Positions 35,258 through 47,060 of a stretch of 64,000 nt of DNA are shown one piece after another. The stretch is taken from NCBI GenBank assembly GCA_051599415.1, contig AP039712.1, positions 62,001-126,000 on the forward strand. The letters are read 5' to 3'. Under the pieces are notes generated by a model. That model saw only the letters and a list, made by a program, of their open reading frames with translations, ran no database searches and was not told where the DNA came from. Source of the stretch: Savitreella phatthalungensis. Its lineage: Eukaryota. Each line of letters opens with the position of its first letter. Position 1 is the first letter of the stretch. The position numbers were made by a program, and so were the translations under genes.

Positions 35258-35866
35258 TCTCTCTAGTCCGATGGATCGATGGATCTCACCACCATCTTAT
35301 ACTCATCCCAACCTCGCGTTCCCACACACACGACCACGGAGGTTGAGGTCGTGACTCATGATCCGCAAACCTAGGACGGAGCAGCATGACTAAGTCGCCT
35401 ATATGACACCGACATTGAACAAGTCACCAACCCTCCGATGATTCCTCTCGCTTAGCATCGATCGATCGAGCCCCACCGGGCGGGTGATTAATCGTAATAC
35501 GATGATTGTCCTTCTCCATTTTTGTTTGACAGGTCCCAGTTAGACTACCCTCTCACACAAACAAGCTGAAACCTTATCTGGCCATCGCACGAATGACAGC
35601 CGATTACCCAATCAGGAAGTCGATCGAACGCTTATTTCCTCGAGCCCGCCAATCACGCACATTCACCACGTAATCCACACTTTCTGAGCTAACAGTATAC
35701 CTTCTCCGCCAATCACCAATCGACATCGCTAGTTGCATCACGGGGGGATTATCAATCGCCCGCCGACACAATGTTTTAGTCGCCTTTTGGGGTGTTTGTC
35801 CATGAGTATCGGAATATATGACAAATGTAGAGTGAGGACGTTATTGCTACAGGTGGGGTGAGAGGT

Positions 35867-37993
35867 TCATCGTGCTGGTGAACCATGGTTGAGGAGTGAG
35901 TTGACGCTGCCGGTATGCCTCCGGTCAGAGACATGCCCACCAACTGACGCTGCAGCGACGGAAGCCCCGGTGTTGTTGTTGTGGGAAGGTGCTTTTTGGG
36001 TGCGTGGTTTTTTAGTGGGAGGGTCGGCGGTTTGGGAGTGGAGCCCGCGAGGACGTTTCTCTGGAGATGCACTGGCAGATGGCGATGCCAATTGACCACC
36101 ACCTTTCTTACCACCACCTTTCCGGTCGTGAGCAAACCCAGCAAACTTCGTCTTCGACACGCCACCACCACCACTCGTCCCATCGTAGTACCCACCACCA
36201 CCACCACCACCACCGTACCCGTTACCGTAGTACCCACCACCGCTATAGTATCCGCCACCATAAGCCCCACCAGGGTAGTAGTGCGCAGGCGGAGGTGGAC
36301 CTGAAGGGTGTGAGGGATGGGAGTCGGATTCCCCTGGTTTTCGAGTGGTTGGGCCGTTGGCGGTGTTGTTGTGGTGGGTGGTGGTGGTGCGGTTGTTGCG
36401 GGAGGGTGAGGATGCTTCGGCGCTAGGTCTGCGGTCTGGCGCGCCGTTCGCCCGGGGTTTCTCCTGGGACGCAGGGGCGGGAGGCGGGCCGCCAGGGTAA
36501 CCCCCGGGTGGGTAACCAGGGTACATGGCCCCGTACCCGCCAGCGTACGGACCGCCCTCAGGAGGAGGGTAGCCCGGGTAACCTCCTTCCTGCGAGTACG
36601 CAGGGTACAGCGGCCGTGGAGGCTGGAGGAAGTGACCGCCTGCCCAGTGGCCCCCAGCCGCGCCCGGACCACCAGACCCAGCAGCAGGCGCAGCAGGCTG
36701 GGATGGGTGTTGGATCGGTCGGCCGTAGGGGTCGGCGGCGATGTTCTGTCCGGGGCCGCCGCGGGCGAATGCGCCGGAGATCGGGGCACCCACAGGCGCG
36801 TACACACACTCCTGGTCGAGTCGACGGCAGTTGGAGCATCGGGGATCGTTCGGATCGTGCGAGATGCCCGTGCACCGGATCTTCCGTTTACGGCAGTACC
36901 TGCAGGCAACGGCCGTGCGCTGACGTGCTTGTGCGGCAGACGCTGCTGCTGCTGCACTCGTCTGGCCAGCCGCCGAGACGTCTCCGTTGGCAGGACCAGG
37001 TCCGGGCCCTGGACCGTTCGAGGCCGGGGTTGAGGTCGGCCTGATCGGCTGTGGGGCTCCATTTGTGACTGCAGCTTGACTGCTGGAAGGATGCTGGTGT
37101 GGCGGTGGCTGATGATGTTGTTGGTGCGATGGGTGAGGCGGCGCCTGCTGTGCTGGTGGGCCTTGACTTGCCGACGGCTGCTGCGAAGCTTGCTGTGGAG
37201 CCTGCCCTGGGCCTTGCTGGGCCTGCGGCGGCGGAGGGGGACCCTGGCCGTAGTGGCCTTGGTAGCCGCTGTAGGGGCCTGGGGGGTAGTAGCCTCTAGC
37301 ATCGTACCCAGGATATCCGTAAGGCGGGCCGTAGCCACCCATCATGTGTGGCGGAGGTCCGTACCCGTATCCTGCTGGCGGGCCGTAACCGGGATAACCG
37401 CCTGATGGATAGGATCCCGGTAGTCCGGAGTGTGGGTGCATGGAGCCTTGGCCGGGAGGACCGGCAGGCAGCTGTGGGAGCGTGTTATTGGTTCCAGGAT
37501 GACCTTGGGAGTTGTTCGGTGGTCCAGCCTGTCGAGAAGCATGAGTACCTCCGTTCGTGGTTGATGAAGACGTTTGTGCAGACTGAGCTGGAGCTGGTGT
37601 TACAGAAGCATCTCTGTTTGAGCTTGAACTTGGCTCTGGCGATTTCTTGGCGGCGGCGGCGGCAGCCTTTGAGGACGCCGACTTCTTTTTCGGCGGCCCT
37701 GATGAAGGTTCTGCCTTTGCCTTTGCTTTCGGCTTCTTCGCCGAGGCACTGTCAGCCTTGCTCTTAGCTGGCGGAGGTACAGGGACAGGTGCTGCCTTGA
37801 CTGAAGATGGCGCGTCCTTGATTTGGATCTTCTTCTTGCCGAGCGGGGCTTTCGTGAGTGCCGGAGCCTTCGCGTCTGCAGCGGCTGCCTGCTGAGCTTT
37901 AGCTCTACCTGCACGCGTCTTGGTCGGGGTCTCGACGACTTGCTGTCGGGCGCGAGGCGCGGGCGCGGCAGCAGCCTTCTTTGCTCGAGGCAT
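35867..37993 (-). CDS. Zn(II)2Cys6 fungal transcription factor
   Basis: ACRYCRKRKIRC-X11-CSNCRRLDQECVY binuclear cluster within low-complexity sequence. Confidence 0.9.
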   Translation of the reverse strand: MPRAKKAAAAPAPRARQQVVETPTKTRAGRAKAQQAAAADAKAPALTKAPLGKKKIQIKDAPSSVKAAPVPVPPPAKSKADSASAKKPKAKAKAEPSSGPPKKKSASSKAAAAAAKKSPEPSSSSNRDASVTPAPAQSAQTSSSTTNGGTHASRQAGPPNNSQGHPGTNNTLPQLPAGPPGQGSMHPHSGLPGSYPSGGYPGYGPPAGYGYGPPPHMMGGYGPPYGYPGYDARGYYPPGPYSGYQGHYGQGPPPPPQAQQGPGQAPQQASQQPSASQGPPAQQAPPHPSHQQHHQPPPHQHPSSSQAAVTNGAPQPIRPTSTPASNGPGPGPGPANGDVSAAGQTSAAAAASAAQARQRTAVACRYCRKRKIRCTGISHDPNDPRCSNCRRLDQECVYAPVGAPISGAFARGGPGQNIAADPYGRPIQHPSQPAAPAAGSGGPGAAGGHWAGGHFLQPPRPLYPAYSQEGGYPGYPPPEGGPYAGGYGAMYPGYPPGGYPGGPPPAPASQEKPRANGAPDRRPSAEASSPSRNNRTTTTHHNNTANGPTTRKPGESDSHPSHPSGPPPPAHYYPGGAYGGGYYSGGGYYGNGYGGGGGGGGYYDGTSGGGGVSKTKFAGFAHDRKGGGKKGGGQLASPSASASPEKRPRGLHSQTADPPTKKPRTQKAPSHNNNTGASVAAASVGGHVSDRRHTGSVNSLLNHGSPAR

Positions 37994-40674
37994 CGCGGGT
38001 GTTTGATGAGCGAGCAGAAGTGAACGACAAGAGTGGTCGTGTGATGAAGCCCACTGGAGGACAAATCAACTGAATCGAGCACGGCCGCGAGTCTGTTACT
38101 GTTTGCTGACGCGACAGTGGTGGACGTCTCGGTCAATGTCCGTGCGCGCGTGCGTGTGATCTTTCGCTACGGCTGCGTTTGCTCTCGAGAGTTGAGCGAG
38201 TTGAGCAAGTTGAGCAAAGGTCGAAGTGTTTCAGCTGTGTCGGGTATACGTCTTCTGAGGTAATCGAGATGTCTGAGGAAGAGCAAGGCGAAGGGAGATG
38301 GTCGAATGGCGATGGAGACGACGACGACAACGACGACGGGGGGAAGTGGCAGGATGGAGCGGGTGTTGTGTACTCCCAACTGACGGACGGAAGGAAGGAA
38401 GAAGGGAAGGCAGCCGGGGTGAGCCAGCAGGGATTGCCCGACAAGGCAAGGGTGCGGCGGATGGGCAGATCTGTCGCAAGTTGACTGTCGAAAGCTAGAG
38501 CAGATGCAGCCGTGCTTCGTTGTCTGCCTTTAGTAGTTGATTGATAGATAGCCAAGGTTTGACTTCTGTAATCGTCTAGAGCATTTGCAATGATACTGGA
38601 GCTAAGAAGGGTTGATCGGTTTGGGTGGGCTGCCCTCACCGAAGGACTTCGGGACTGCGGGAGATGAAGGGATGGCAGAAGAAAGACTGAGCAAGGAGGA
38701 GGGTCTCGGGTCGACCTGAAAAGGGAAGATCCAATCAACCTGATGGGGATACAGTTCTCGAAGGTTTGTCTGCCTGGATTGGAAACTGCAATGTATCCTT
38801 GGTGAGATGGGCGACAAAGGCCGGAATCTGGAGGGTCGGAAGAGACTGGCTAGAGTGACAGTAGTTATGTATGAGTGGGTGGGTTCGAGCGGGTTTAATG
38901 ATGATGATGATGATGCTGCTGATGATGCTGATGCTGATGATGAGGTTCTGAGGCAAGTGAACACTCTAAAGGGCTGGGGTTCTTGATGGCAACCATGGCA
39001 CGAGGAATTCTTAAGATTCAGACTTGGGTCTGATTGATGGCAAGGAAATCCTGACGGGCGATAGATCAAAAGCTGAGCATATCCAAATAGCAATGTCACC
39101 GAGAGACCTTCGGGAGTGACCTGATTCACCTACAGCAGATTCAAGAAAGGTTCCAATGTCTTGTAGAAGTGCCCAGACACAGTTTCGACGTGTGATTCCA
39201 CCCAGTTTACTTTGTCTACACGCCTTCGGCTGTTTGTGAGTTGTATGAGTGTTGGCAGATCCGTGCGATTGTGCTTGTGACAGGTTGGAGGTCCGAGGAC
39301 GTGAAGAATTGTTTTTGTTTTTACAGGAATTTCTTTGTTTTCATATCTGATGCAGGTCAAACCGAGGAAATTTTCTGAAACAAAATAACAACAACTTCTG
39401 TCAATCTACTGCAGGTCAGATTTACGTTGAGGTCGTACGAGCTTGTGCCAGCCTGTTACAGAGCCCAAACGCCACGAATTCACCTTCACACGCAGTCATT
39501 CAAACCACTTGAACAACCAACCCCAAAACCCTTCAGCGGTCATCAGCTCAGGAGTGTTCCAGCGACTGACGACCTTCTAAGCCTAGTTCGTATACCAGGT
39601 CTGCACAGATGAAGTCAAAAGGCAGCTGATCTGCCACAAATCCATCACTCCTGAATCATCCTCACCACTCCTGACTCAATCACCAATCTGACCTGGGTCT
39701 GATTTGAGTAAAGGCTGGGTTCAGGTTCATCCTCAACAGTCAGCTAGTCTATTCTTTCTCTTGTACATTCTCCAGGTGTAACTGCCAACATTCTCCCCTC
39801 GCACCTCTCGTGTAGCTCTGGGAGAGCCAGACAAAGTTGAGTTCTCCCGTGTCATTCTCCAGATCGGTCAGAGCTCATCCTTGACTGGACAGATCTGCCG
39901 CTTCGGACTCATTGTGCCGCGCTTCAGCTGAACCTCCTGTGTCAGAATTCTTGCTGGAAACGTAAGTCATCCTTGGAGTCCAGCTTCCCGTCCAGGGTCC
40001 GAATAAGTCCGCCAGCTAAGAAGTAATATTGACCAAGCTCGGCATCAACCGGCCCGCAGAAGCCGCAATCCAGTTCCAGATCGAGCAGTCCAAAGCCCTT
40101 AAAACTGGCATCATACCTAAATACTCACAAACATCCAGCACAGACCTCACTTTCGTGGAAGAACCTAGACCAGAACAGTTTCTTCGGGTTCTGCCAATCT
40201 CGGGATCTGTTGTGGATCTATTGCGGTATTACACCAGCCAGAATAAATTACCTGATTCCTTCTAGACGCTCGGCAAAGCGGCCCGTCCTCCCACCACTCA
40301 TCCTCGGGCACTGACACATCACCTATACACTACAAAATCAATCTGGGTCTCTTCCATGGTTATTCCATTTTCTTGTCCAGTAGACTATCTGTCAACCTGC
40401 CTCAGTGAATGCTACGAGCATGTCACAGCAACGCACTACCTAGGTCTAGAACAGCGCATGCAGAGTCCTTGACACCATCTGAATGAACATTATCGAGTCC
40501 TGTCGTGTCATGGATGCCATCATCCCAAAAAGTAAGCAGCTTTGACTTGCTCACACCAGCTATCATAGTAGCAATGTTCGAGCAATATAGGTTCTTCTCA
40601 GTCTCTGTGAGGTCGTCTTCCCGCAATTTGGGATGATGCAACAGTGGATCTTCCATACCTTGCCACTGACTGAG

Positions 40675-40719
40675 CTTGCCTGATCTTCCCACTGACTTAC
40701 CTTGCCTGATCTTCCCACT
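40675..40719. repeat. 19-bp direct repeat CTTGCCTGATCTTCCCACT (two copies)
   Basis: Copies at 40675-40693 and 40701-40719, just downstream of the ribokinase stop. Confidence 0.8.
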
Positions 40720-40795
40720 TGCTTTGTCTCTGTGTACGTCTGTATACTCTGTGCTTCTTGCTTTCGTCCAAGCTAGCTGACTGCGGTCACGTGAT

Positions 40796-41734
40796 CTACG
40801 CGAGCTCCTGTCGAGTCGGAATCGAGCCGAGCGCGCCACGCCTAGTGACGGTGATCGCTGCGACAGCTTGTCCATGAGCGATGGCTTCCTCGAGTGTCCC
40901 ACCTTCTGCGAGGATCGCCGCGAGACCGCCGATGAAGGAGTCACCCGCGGCAGTCGTGTCGACCGCATCTACCTGATGTGGCACCTTGTGATGCTCCTCC
41001 TCAATCCGACCACCGTCCTGACGAATGCATGCAACAACGCCCTGCGCACCCAGTGTCACAAGCACCGCTTCCCTCACACCCCGCCCCAGCAGCTGCCTCC
41101 CTGCCTCTTTCGCACTCTCTCCATCGACCACCTGAACCCCTGTCAAAATACTTGCCTCCGTCTCGTTCGGTATCAGGATCGACACCTTCGACAGCAGCTT
41201 ATCGTCGAGCTGAACCGCCGGAGCTGGATTTAGGATTGATTTCGCATTCGTTTCGAGTGCCAGCTCGAGCCCGCGCTCTGTGCTCTCGAGAGGGACCTCG
41301 AGCTGGAAGACTGCGACGCGAGCGTGCTCGAATGCAGGCTTTGCACGATCGACGAGTTCTGGTGTCAATCTAGCGTTTGCTCCCGCTGACAGGACGATCC
41401 TATTGTTACCCGTCTCCTCCTCGACGGTGATGAGAGCGACGCCGTTGGCCGTCCCCTCACACCGCTCCACCCACCGCGTCTCGATCCCGTTCTCCCGCAT
41501 CGCATCCAGACACAGCTCCCCGTTCGCATCAGACCCAACACATCCCACCATCAGCACGGAGCCCGTACCACCAGAAGTCTGTCGAGCACATGCACCAGCC
41601 TGGTTCAGACCCTTCCCGCCAACACCAGTGCTGAACCCATCAGCAAACCCAGTGATCGTCTCACCAGCCTCAGGAGCTCGTCGACACCGCATCACCAGGT
41701 CCACATTGCAAGAACCCACCACCACGATCGACAT
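40796..41734 (-). CDS. RBK1: Ribokinase (PfkB family)
   Basis: IVVVGSCNVDL, GGKGLNQA, ILNPAPA, PNETEA, VDTTAAGDSFIG; ATG at 41734. Confidence 0.95.
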   Translation of the reverse strand: MSIVVVGSCNVDLVMRCRRAPEAGETITGFADGFSTGVGGKGLNQAGACARQTSGGTGSVLMVGCVGSDANGELCLDAMRENGIETRWVERCEGTANGVALITVEEETGNNRIVLSAGANARLTPELVDRAKPAFEHARVAVFQLEVPLESTERGLELALETNAKSILNPAPAVQLDDKLLSKVSILIPNETEASILTGVQVVDGESAKEAGRQLLGRGVREAVLVTLGAQGVVACIRQDGGRIEEEHHKVPHQVDAVDTTAAGDSFIGGLAAILAEGGTLEEAIAHGQAVAAITVTRRGALGSIPTRQELA

Positions 41735-42030
41735 ACTGAGGTAGATATCCTCTTGTTTGCCGATCAATGTCAACCTTATATCCTGTCCAATCCAGTCGGC
41801 TGTCTGTCCTCGAGAAGGTGATGCTCGGCCTTGTGCGAGTCTCCGTGTGGGATTGCTCCTTGGTAATAGATTGATCTGTCCTCCGGCACATTCACGTGTG
41901 TGATATGATTTTGTGTGAGGCAGGGAGATCACAAGGTTGTGAGAGCACGTGAATGGTAGTAGCTGGATACACATACACACGCCAGACAACTCTCTCCGAC
42001 CACTTACGCAGGTCTCTTCAGTGACAGTGT

Positions 42031-42945
42031 ATGCCTGCAGGTCAACATCGACGAATCCTAGTTACACGCAAAACGACTTTCTTTCTGCTAGGATCCGCTG
42101 TTCTATTGACATACTGGCTCGTGAGGTCTCACTCCCAATCTAGGACAACAGCCATGCCGCCCAAGCAGGCGCTCCCACTAGTCATCCCCGCACGGGCCGC
42201 ACACACGGTCTCTGTGATCTTCGTCCACGGTCTGGGCGATTCTGGCCATGGCTGGTCGTTCTTTCCTGAGCTCGCTGCAGCACAGAACCGACTGGCCCAG
42301 GTCAAGTGGATCCTGCCGAACGCACCCATCCAGCCAGTCACCTTGAACGGAGGCGTGCCCATGCCGTCCTGGTACGATATCCTCTCGCTCGACCGTATCA
42401 ACGCGCGTGAGGATGAGACTGGGATGTTAGCGAGCGTCAGCTACCTCCACGGTCTCGTCGACAAGGAAGTCGACGACGGAAAGAAAGTCGTCGTTGCAGG
42501 GTTCTCGTAAGTTTCCCTCGACCTTCATCTTATGCCCCAAAGGGAAATTGCTGACAGGGTTGCAGCCAGGGTAGCGCCATGTCGCTCCTCGCAGGACTCA
42601 CCTACAAGCGGCCCCTTGCCGGCATTGTTGGCCTGTCTGGATATCTCCCACTCAGACAGAAGGCCTTTGGTCTCCGCGCGGACGCCAACAAGAACACGCC
42701 CATCTGGATGGGCCACGGCACCGCAGATCCAGTCGTCAACTTCGAGGTACCTTAAACCCCGATTCCCTCTCGCGACCACCTACTGACTCTCGTCAAAAAA
42801 ACAGTACGGAAAGCAATCAGCAGATCTTCTCAAAGAAAACGGACACAGCGTCGACTTCAACGCATACAGAGGGCTAGGACATTCAGCAGATCCAAAGGAG
42901 ATAGGTGAGCTCATGTCCTTTATCGAGAAGGTCGTCTCCGAGTAG
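42031..42945 (+). CDS. Acyl-protein thioesterase 1 / lysophospholipase; exons 42031 (or 42154)-42506, 42566-42746, 42805-42945
   Basis: FVHGLGDSG, MPSWYDI, GFS/QG nucleophile motif split by an intron, LSGYLP, HGTADPVV, GLGHS catalytic triad; two GT-AG introns. Confidence 0.93.
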
Positions 42946-43225
42946 ATCGATCGACGATATCATCCGGGGGACACGGGGCTCCAGACAGCTCTCGGCCTCG
43001 TGCATCTCCCGGGTATCTCGGCCACTTTAGAATAGATCCTCACAGGGTAGGCCACAGAGGAGCAGTGGAGCATCGCGGTGGATTGATTGAATGATTTGAT
43101 CGACCTCGAATGAGAATTTTACCCCAGATTTCACAGGCTGCAGATAAAGTTTCAAGTTGATTTGATATCTACTGCAAATAGATTGACCCCGAAACTTACC
43201 CTCGCGCAGTAGCACAAGTAGACTG

Positions 43226-43260
43226 TACTGTGCTCTACTGTGCTCTACTGTGCTCTACTG
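43226..43260. repeat. 10-bp tandem repeat TACTGTGCTC, about 3.5 copies
   Basis: Visible upstream of the GST-kappa gene. Confidence 0.8.
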
Positions 43261-43413
43261 TACTCGGCAGCAACCGCCCTTTCGATGAACGTGGCATGAC
43301 ATCGACATCTCTACATCCTATTCCAGTCCTCGTATATATCGAAATTCTCATTTAAGACATCCCCCGACTCTACTTGTACATCGACGACATCTTCGACTGT
43401 AGCATCTGTCACG

Positions 43414-44085
43414 ATGACTGGAAAGATCACGCTATACTTTGACTGCGTCTCACCGTACGCCTTCTTCGGCCTGCACACGCTCGAGCTTCTGCGTGAGCGG
43501 TGGGGTATCGATGCTGAGTACAAGCCGATCTCGCTGGGTATTGTGATGAAGGAGTCTGGAAACAAGCCTCCTATCACGGTGCCTGCGAAGGGTCGACACC
43601 TGGATGGTGACGTCCGCCGGGTTGTGGACTTGCTCGGCCTGGGCGAGTTCAAACGGCCTAGCAACTTCCCCTTCAACAGCATCAAGGCGCAGAAGGTGCT
43701 GTGTGCGGTCAAGGCCAACTGCTCTCCTAAGGACTTTGTCAACGTCTGCAGGGCGTTCTCTCGCGCAGCCTGGACGTTGGACGTGCCTGACATGACAGCA
43801 GACTCGGCACTCGTCGACGCCGCCGCTACCGTCATCCCAAGAGACCAGGCACAGAAATTGGTAGAACAAGGTCAAGCAGACCAAAAGTACAAGGCCGCGA
43901 TGATTGCAAACACCAAGGAAGTTCTCGAGTCTGGCGGTTTCGGACTGCCGTGGTGGAAGGTAGAGGCAGAGGGCAAGCAGCCAGAATACTTCTTCGGTCA
44001 CGACAGGTACGAGTACATTGCACACGCCCTCGGCAAGGAGTGGCCTGGCTTTATCAACGTCGCCAGACAGCAGGCACACATCTAG
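43414..44085 (+). CDS. Glutathione S-transferase kappa / HCCA isomerase (DsbA-like)
   Basis: ITLYFDCVSPYA, SGNKPP, GGFGLPW, FFGHDR. Confidence 0.92.
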   Translation: MTGKITLYFDCVSPYAFFGLHTLELLRERWGIDAEYKPISLGIVMKESGNKPPITVPAKGRHLDGDVRRVVDLLGLGEFKRPSNFPFNSIKAQKVLCAVKANCSPKDFVNVCRAFSRAAWTLDVPDMTADSALVDAAATVIPRDQAQKLVEQGQADQKYKAAMIANTKEVLESGGFGLPWWKVEAEGKQPEYFFGHDRYEYIAHALGKEWPGFINVARQQAHI

Positions 44086-44157
44086 TCATACATCCACATA
44101 TTCTCTTACCCCTTGTGTCCTATCGTAGCGTGTCGTAACATTTCTCATCAGCGGTTT

Positions 44158-45021
44158 TTAGGTCGTGGTTGCGCGGATCACAGCCATCGAGACGATCCCG
44201 GACGATGCCCACCACCTGAGCATCCTCGCGACCGCCAGAAACCCCTGCCTGACCAAATACGTTGCCTTTGCTTGAGCTCCGGATCCTGAGCCACAGACCT
44301 TGTGGATGTGGTCTGCGAGCGGCAGGAACGTATGTTCGTGTGGGAGCACATCGATCTGTATGGACTTGTCACTGAACCCTGCGCCCACCAGCTGAGCGCG
44401 GTACGTTGACGGCGGTACGAGATTTTCTCTCACAGTACCGGATATCAGGCACACCCCCTGCAACCTCACCTCCTCCCACCACGACAGCCGCCTCTCGCAC
44501 ACCACCAGATCCGCACACGCAAACACCCCTCCCTCCACCAGCACTCGCCTGCATCCCTCCAGAAACGCGGCACGCGTGCGTAGGTGGTACAGGCAATCAC
44601 ACGCTACCACGACGTCGAAGCTTGCTGGCTGCTGGTGCATTGTGAATGCGACGGCCTCGGCGTTGTGGATATCGACCTCGAACGCGGTACCGGTGCCGTT
44701 TCGAAATCGATCGCTTGCCGCCGATGCCTGGACGCGTGCGAGCGTGCATGCAGTCACCTTGGGACCGGCTGTAAACCGGGTGAAGTACTCACCGATCGCC
44801 TCGACCTCGTCACCGCACCCACACCCGACATCGAGCACACGCAACTCGCCTACACGCTCGGTCTGGGGGATGGTGCTTGTGAGGATGCGATTGAATAGGC
44901 GCTGAGAGGCTCTAGTGAAGCCCCGATCGATTGATCCCGAGTGAGAATCCCACCAGAGTCCCATGTTCTGCCACAGGGCGCCATCCTTATCGTTCAGGAC
45001 GGCATGAGATCGCGAGTACAT
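44158..45021 (-). CDS. Class I SAM-dependent methyltransferase, unknown substrate
   Basis: NMGLW, VLDVGCGCGD motif I, FDVVVACDCLYH, RVLVEGG. Confidence 0.88.
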   Translation of the reverse strand: MYSRSHAVLNDKDGALWQNMGLWWDSHSGSIDRGFTRASQRLFNRILTSTIPQTERVGELRVLDVGCGCGDEVEAIGEYFTRFTAGPKVTACTLARVQASAASDRFRNGTGTAFEVDIHNAEAVAFTMHQQPASFDVVVACDCLYHLRTRAAFLEGCRRVLVEGGVFACADLVVCERRLSWWEEVRLQGVCLISGTVRENLVPPSTYRAQLVGAGFSDKSIQIDVLPHEHTFLPLADHIHKVCGSGSGAQAKATYLVRQGFLAVARMLRWWASSGIVSMAVIRATTT

Positions 45022-45287
45022 GCTACTGTGTAGTAAATCTTGTGCTTGTGAGAGGTTCCATAGATAGTAACAAGCCGAATCCGGTAAATCTGAACACCCG
45101 GGTGCCTGGAGTGATCACGGGTGTGTTTCTGAAGGCGATCCAAAGCTCCATTCGACGTCAGCCGTTACACCACACCAACACATACAACACAGAAGGTTAC
45201 AACTTCCCCCCGGATCATCCTCTACATCATCACCTCGAGTCATCAACAGAAGAGCGCGCGCGCCTTCGTCCCTCAATCAATAAACCA

Positions 45288-45722
45288 ATGAGTGAACCAT
45301 ACGATGTAAGTGGACTCTTCCTGCGGAACTACCCCAATTGACGCGCGCGAGTGCATAGACTGACGTGAACGATGTAGCCATACGTGCCGAGCGGCGGACA
45401 GGCCGGCTCGTCTAGCGGCGGCGGTGTTGGTGGGCATGCTCAGGGCAACAAGACTTCTCAGATCCAGGCTCAGATTGACGACACTGTGGGTATCATGCGG
45501 GAGAACATCAACAAGGTTGCCGAGCGTGGAGAGCGGCTTGACACGCTCCAGGACAAGACGGACAACTTGGCCGTGAGCGCTCAGGGGTTTAGGCGGGGTG
45601 CCAACAGGGTGAGAAAGCAGATGTGGTGGAAGGATTTCAGAGCGAGGATGTGTATCATCGTCGGCATCATCCTACTCCTCGTCGTCATCATCGTCCCGTC
45701 AGTCCTGGCATCCAAGAAGTAG
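45288..45722 (+). CDS. SNC1: Synaptobrevin v-SNARE (Snc1/Snc2/Syb1); exons 45288-45305 and 45378-45722
   Basis: MSEPYD/PYVP..., [39 protein letters not shown]-terminal TM; intron GTAAGT..ACTGAC..TAG. Confidence 0.95.
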
Positions 45723-45856
45723 AGGAGACCCTTATCCCGGGTCCACTCGCAGGTCAAAAGGGGTCGTCAGAGCGGCTCCGACTTTTTCTTTAGAACGAAT
45801 TGATGATGGAAAAAGAACACACATCTAGATTGCTTGCTATGCGATGATTCGGACGG

Positions 45857-46426
45857 TCAGGTGAAGAAATGTCTGTACATTTGGAGTTCGGCGATGCTCT
45901 CCTGGAGGTCATCTACTGCGCGATGGATTGCCTTCTTGTCGGGCGTGGCGGCGTGTGCGTGATTGGGTGCCCAGTGGTTGACTAGGAGTTTGATTGAGGA
46001 GACGTCGACCTGCCTGTAGTGTAGGAACTTCGTGAAATCTGGTAGCTGGTGAGTGAGGAAGAGTCTGTCTGCGTGAATGGAGTTGCCTGCGAGATGGCAC
46101 TGTCCTTGCTTTAGACCGTGGCTGTGCAGGTGGTCGAGCAATTCAAGCTCGCACGATCGAAGGGATGTCTTGGATGCACGGCACTCCTCTGTCAGCCCAC
46201 TGCGACCGTGCGTCGACGTACACCAGTCATCCATCCCGTCTAACAGATGATCTTCTGCGTGGATAACTCGGTGGAATGGAGAATCCCACAGCGGATGCAG
46301 ATCAAAGTCTGTAGCTAGACATGCGAGCTCGATGATTTGGTCCTTGTTGATATCTAGCCCTGTCATCTCTAGATCCAGCCAGAGGAGAACTTGCTGCCCA
46401 GCATGAGTACGACTATGAATACTCAT
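45857..46426 (-). CDS. REX2: Oligoribonuclease (DEDDh, Orn/Rex2)
   Basis: LWLDLEMTGLD, MDDWCTSTHGRSGL, LAGNSIHADR, LHYRQVDVSSIK, HRAVDDLQESIAEL. Confidence 0.95.
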   Translation of the reverse strand: MSIHSRTHAGQQVLLWLDLEMTGLDINKDQIIELACLATDFDLHPLWDSPFHRVIHAEDHLLDGMDDWCTSTHGRSGLTEECRASKTSLRSCELELLDHLHSHGLKQGQCHLAGNSIHADRLFLTHQLPDFTKFLHYRQVDVSSIKLLVNHWAPNHAHAATPDKKAIHRAVDDLQESIAELQMYRHFFT

Positions 46427-46634
46427 GGACGGGCACAGGATTAAGGGCACTTGCAGTTGTGGAAGTGCGTACTATCTATGATATATATGACATGGGGTTA
46501 CACAAAGAGTATATAGAGTCTATAGAGTATGTATGTGCATGTGTATGTGTGTGTGCATGGGGTGCATGGGGAGGTGAATGAGTGATGCAGATACTTGCAC
46601 GTGAAAGATAAAAAAATTAAATTCAAAAGTTATT

Positions 46635-46734
46635 CCCTTCGCACGGGGCTCGAACCCGTGGCCTTCTGATTTCAATTCTTCTCCCGAGAGTGGAAATTAA
46701 AAGTCAGATACTCTACCGACTGAGTTAGCGAAGG
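46635..46734 (-). tRNA. tRNA-Lys(UUU) with 27-nt intron (46671-46697)
   Basis: Cloverleaf CCTTCGC-TA-ACTC AGTCGGTA GAGT-A-TCTGA CT TTT A[intron]A TCAGA-AGGCC-ACGGG TTCGAGC CCCGT-GCGAAGG-G (73 nt mature); downstream T runs. Confidence 0.95.
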
Positions 46735-47060
46735 AAGGAATTGTCGTTGGCCTGCTAAGCCACGCGTGTACAGCTCAATTTCTGTCCAGTTTAATACATA
46801 AACCCGCTCTCTCACATTCGCGGATTAGGCGGAAAGGCGGAACCGCACGTGTAATCCGCCTGTGTGTATAAGTGTGTGTGTATGTGTGGAGGTGGGGAAA
46901 TTTCTTGTCTTGGCGGCACCGACTCCATCTTCCTGTGACAGGTTCAAGTATGTATGAATGGGTGATGGAGGAATATATAGTTGACACCGTGTTCACACTG
47001 TCATCCACACCTATACACAGACACAGACACATAGACACCGGAAGAGAAACACAAGACGAG

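Noticed and set aside
35776..37338. 520-codon same-strand alternative-frame ORF inside the Zn2Cys6 gene
   Set aside because: Starts at GTG, has no motifs, and is explained by GC-rich low-complexity codon usage of the real frame
40796..41734. Bacterial-looking intronless ribokinase as a horizontal transfer
   Set aside because: Ribokinases are highly conserved and most genes here are intronless; cannot be supported without a phylogeny
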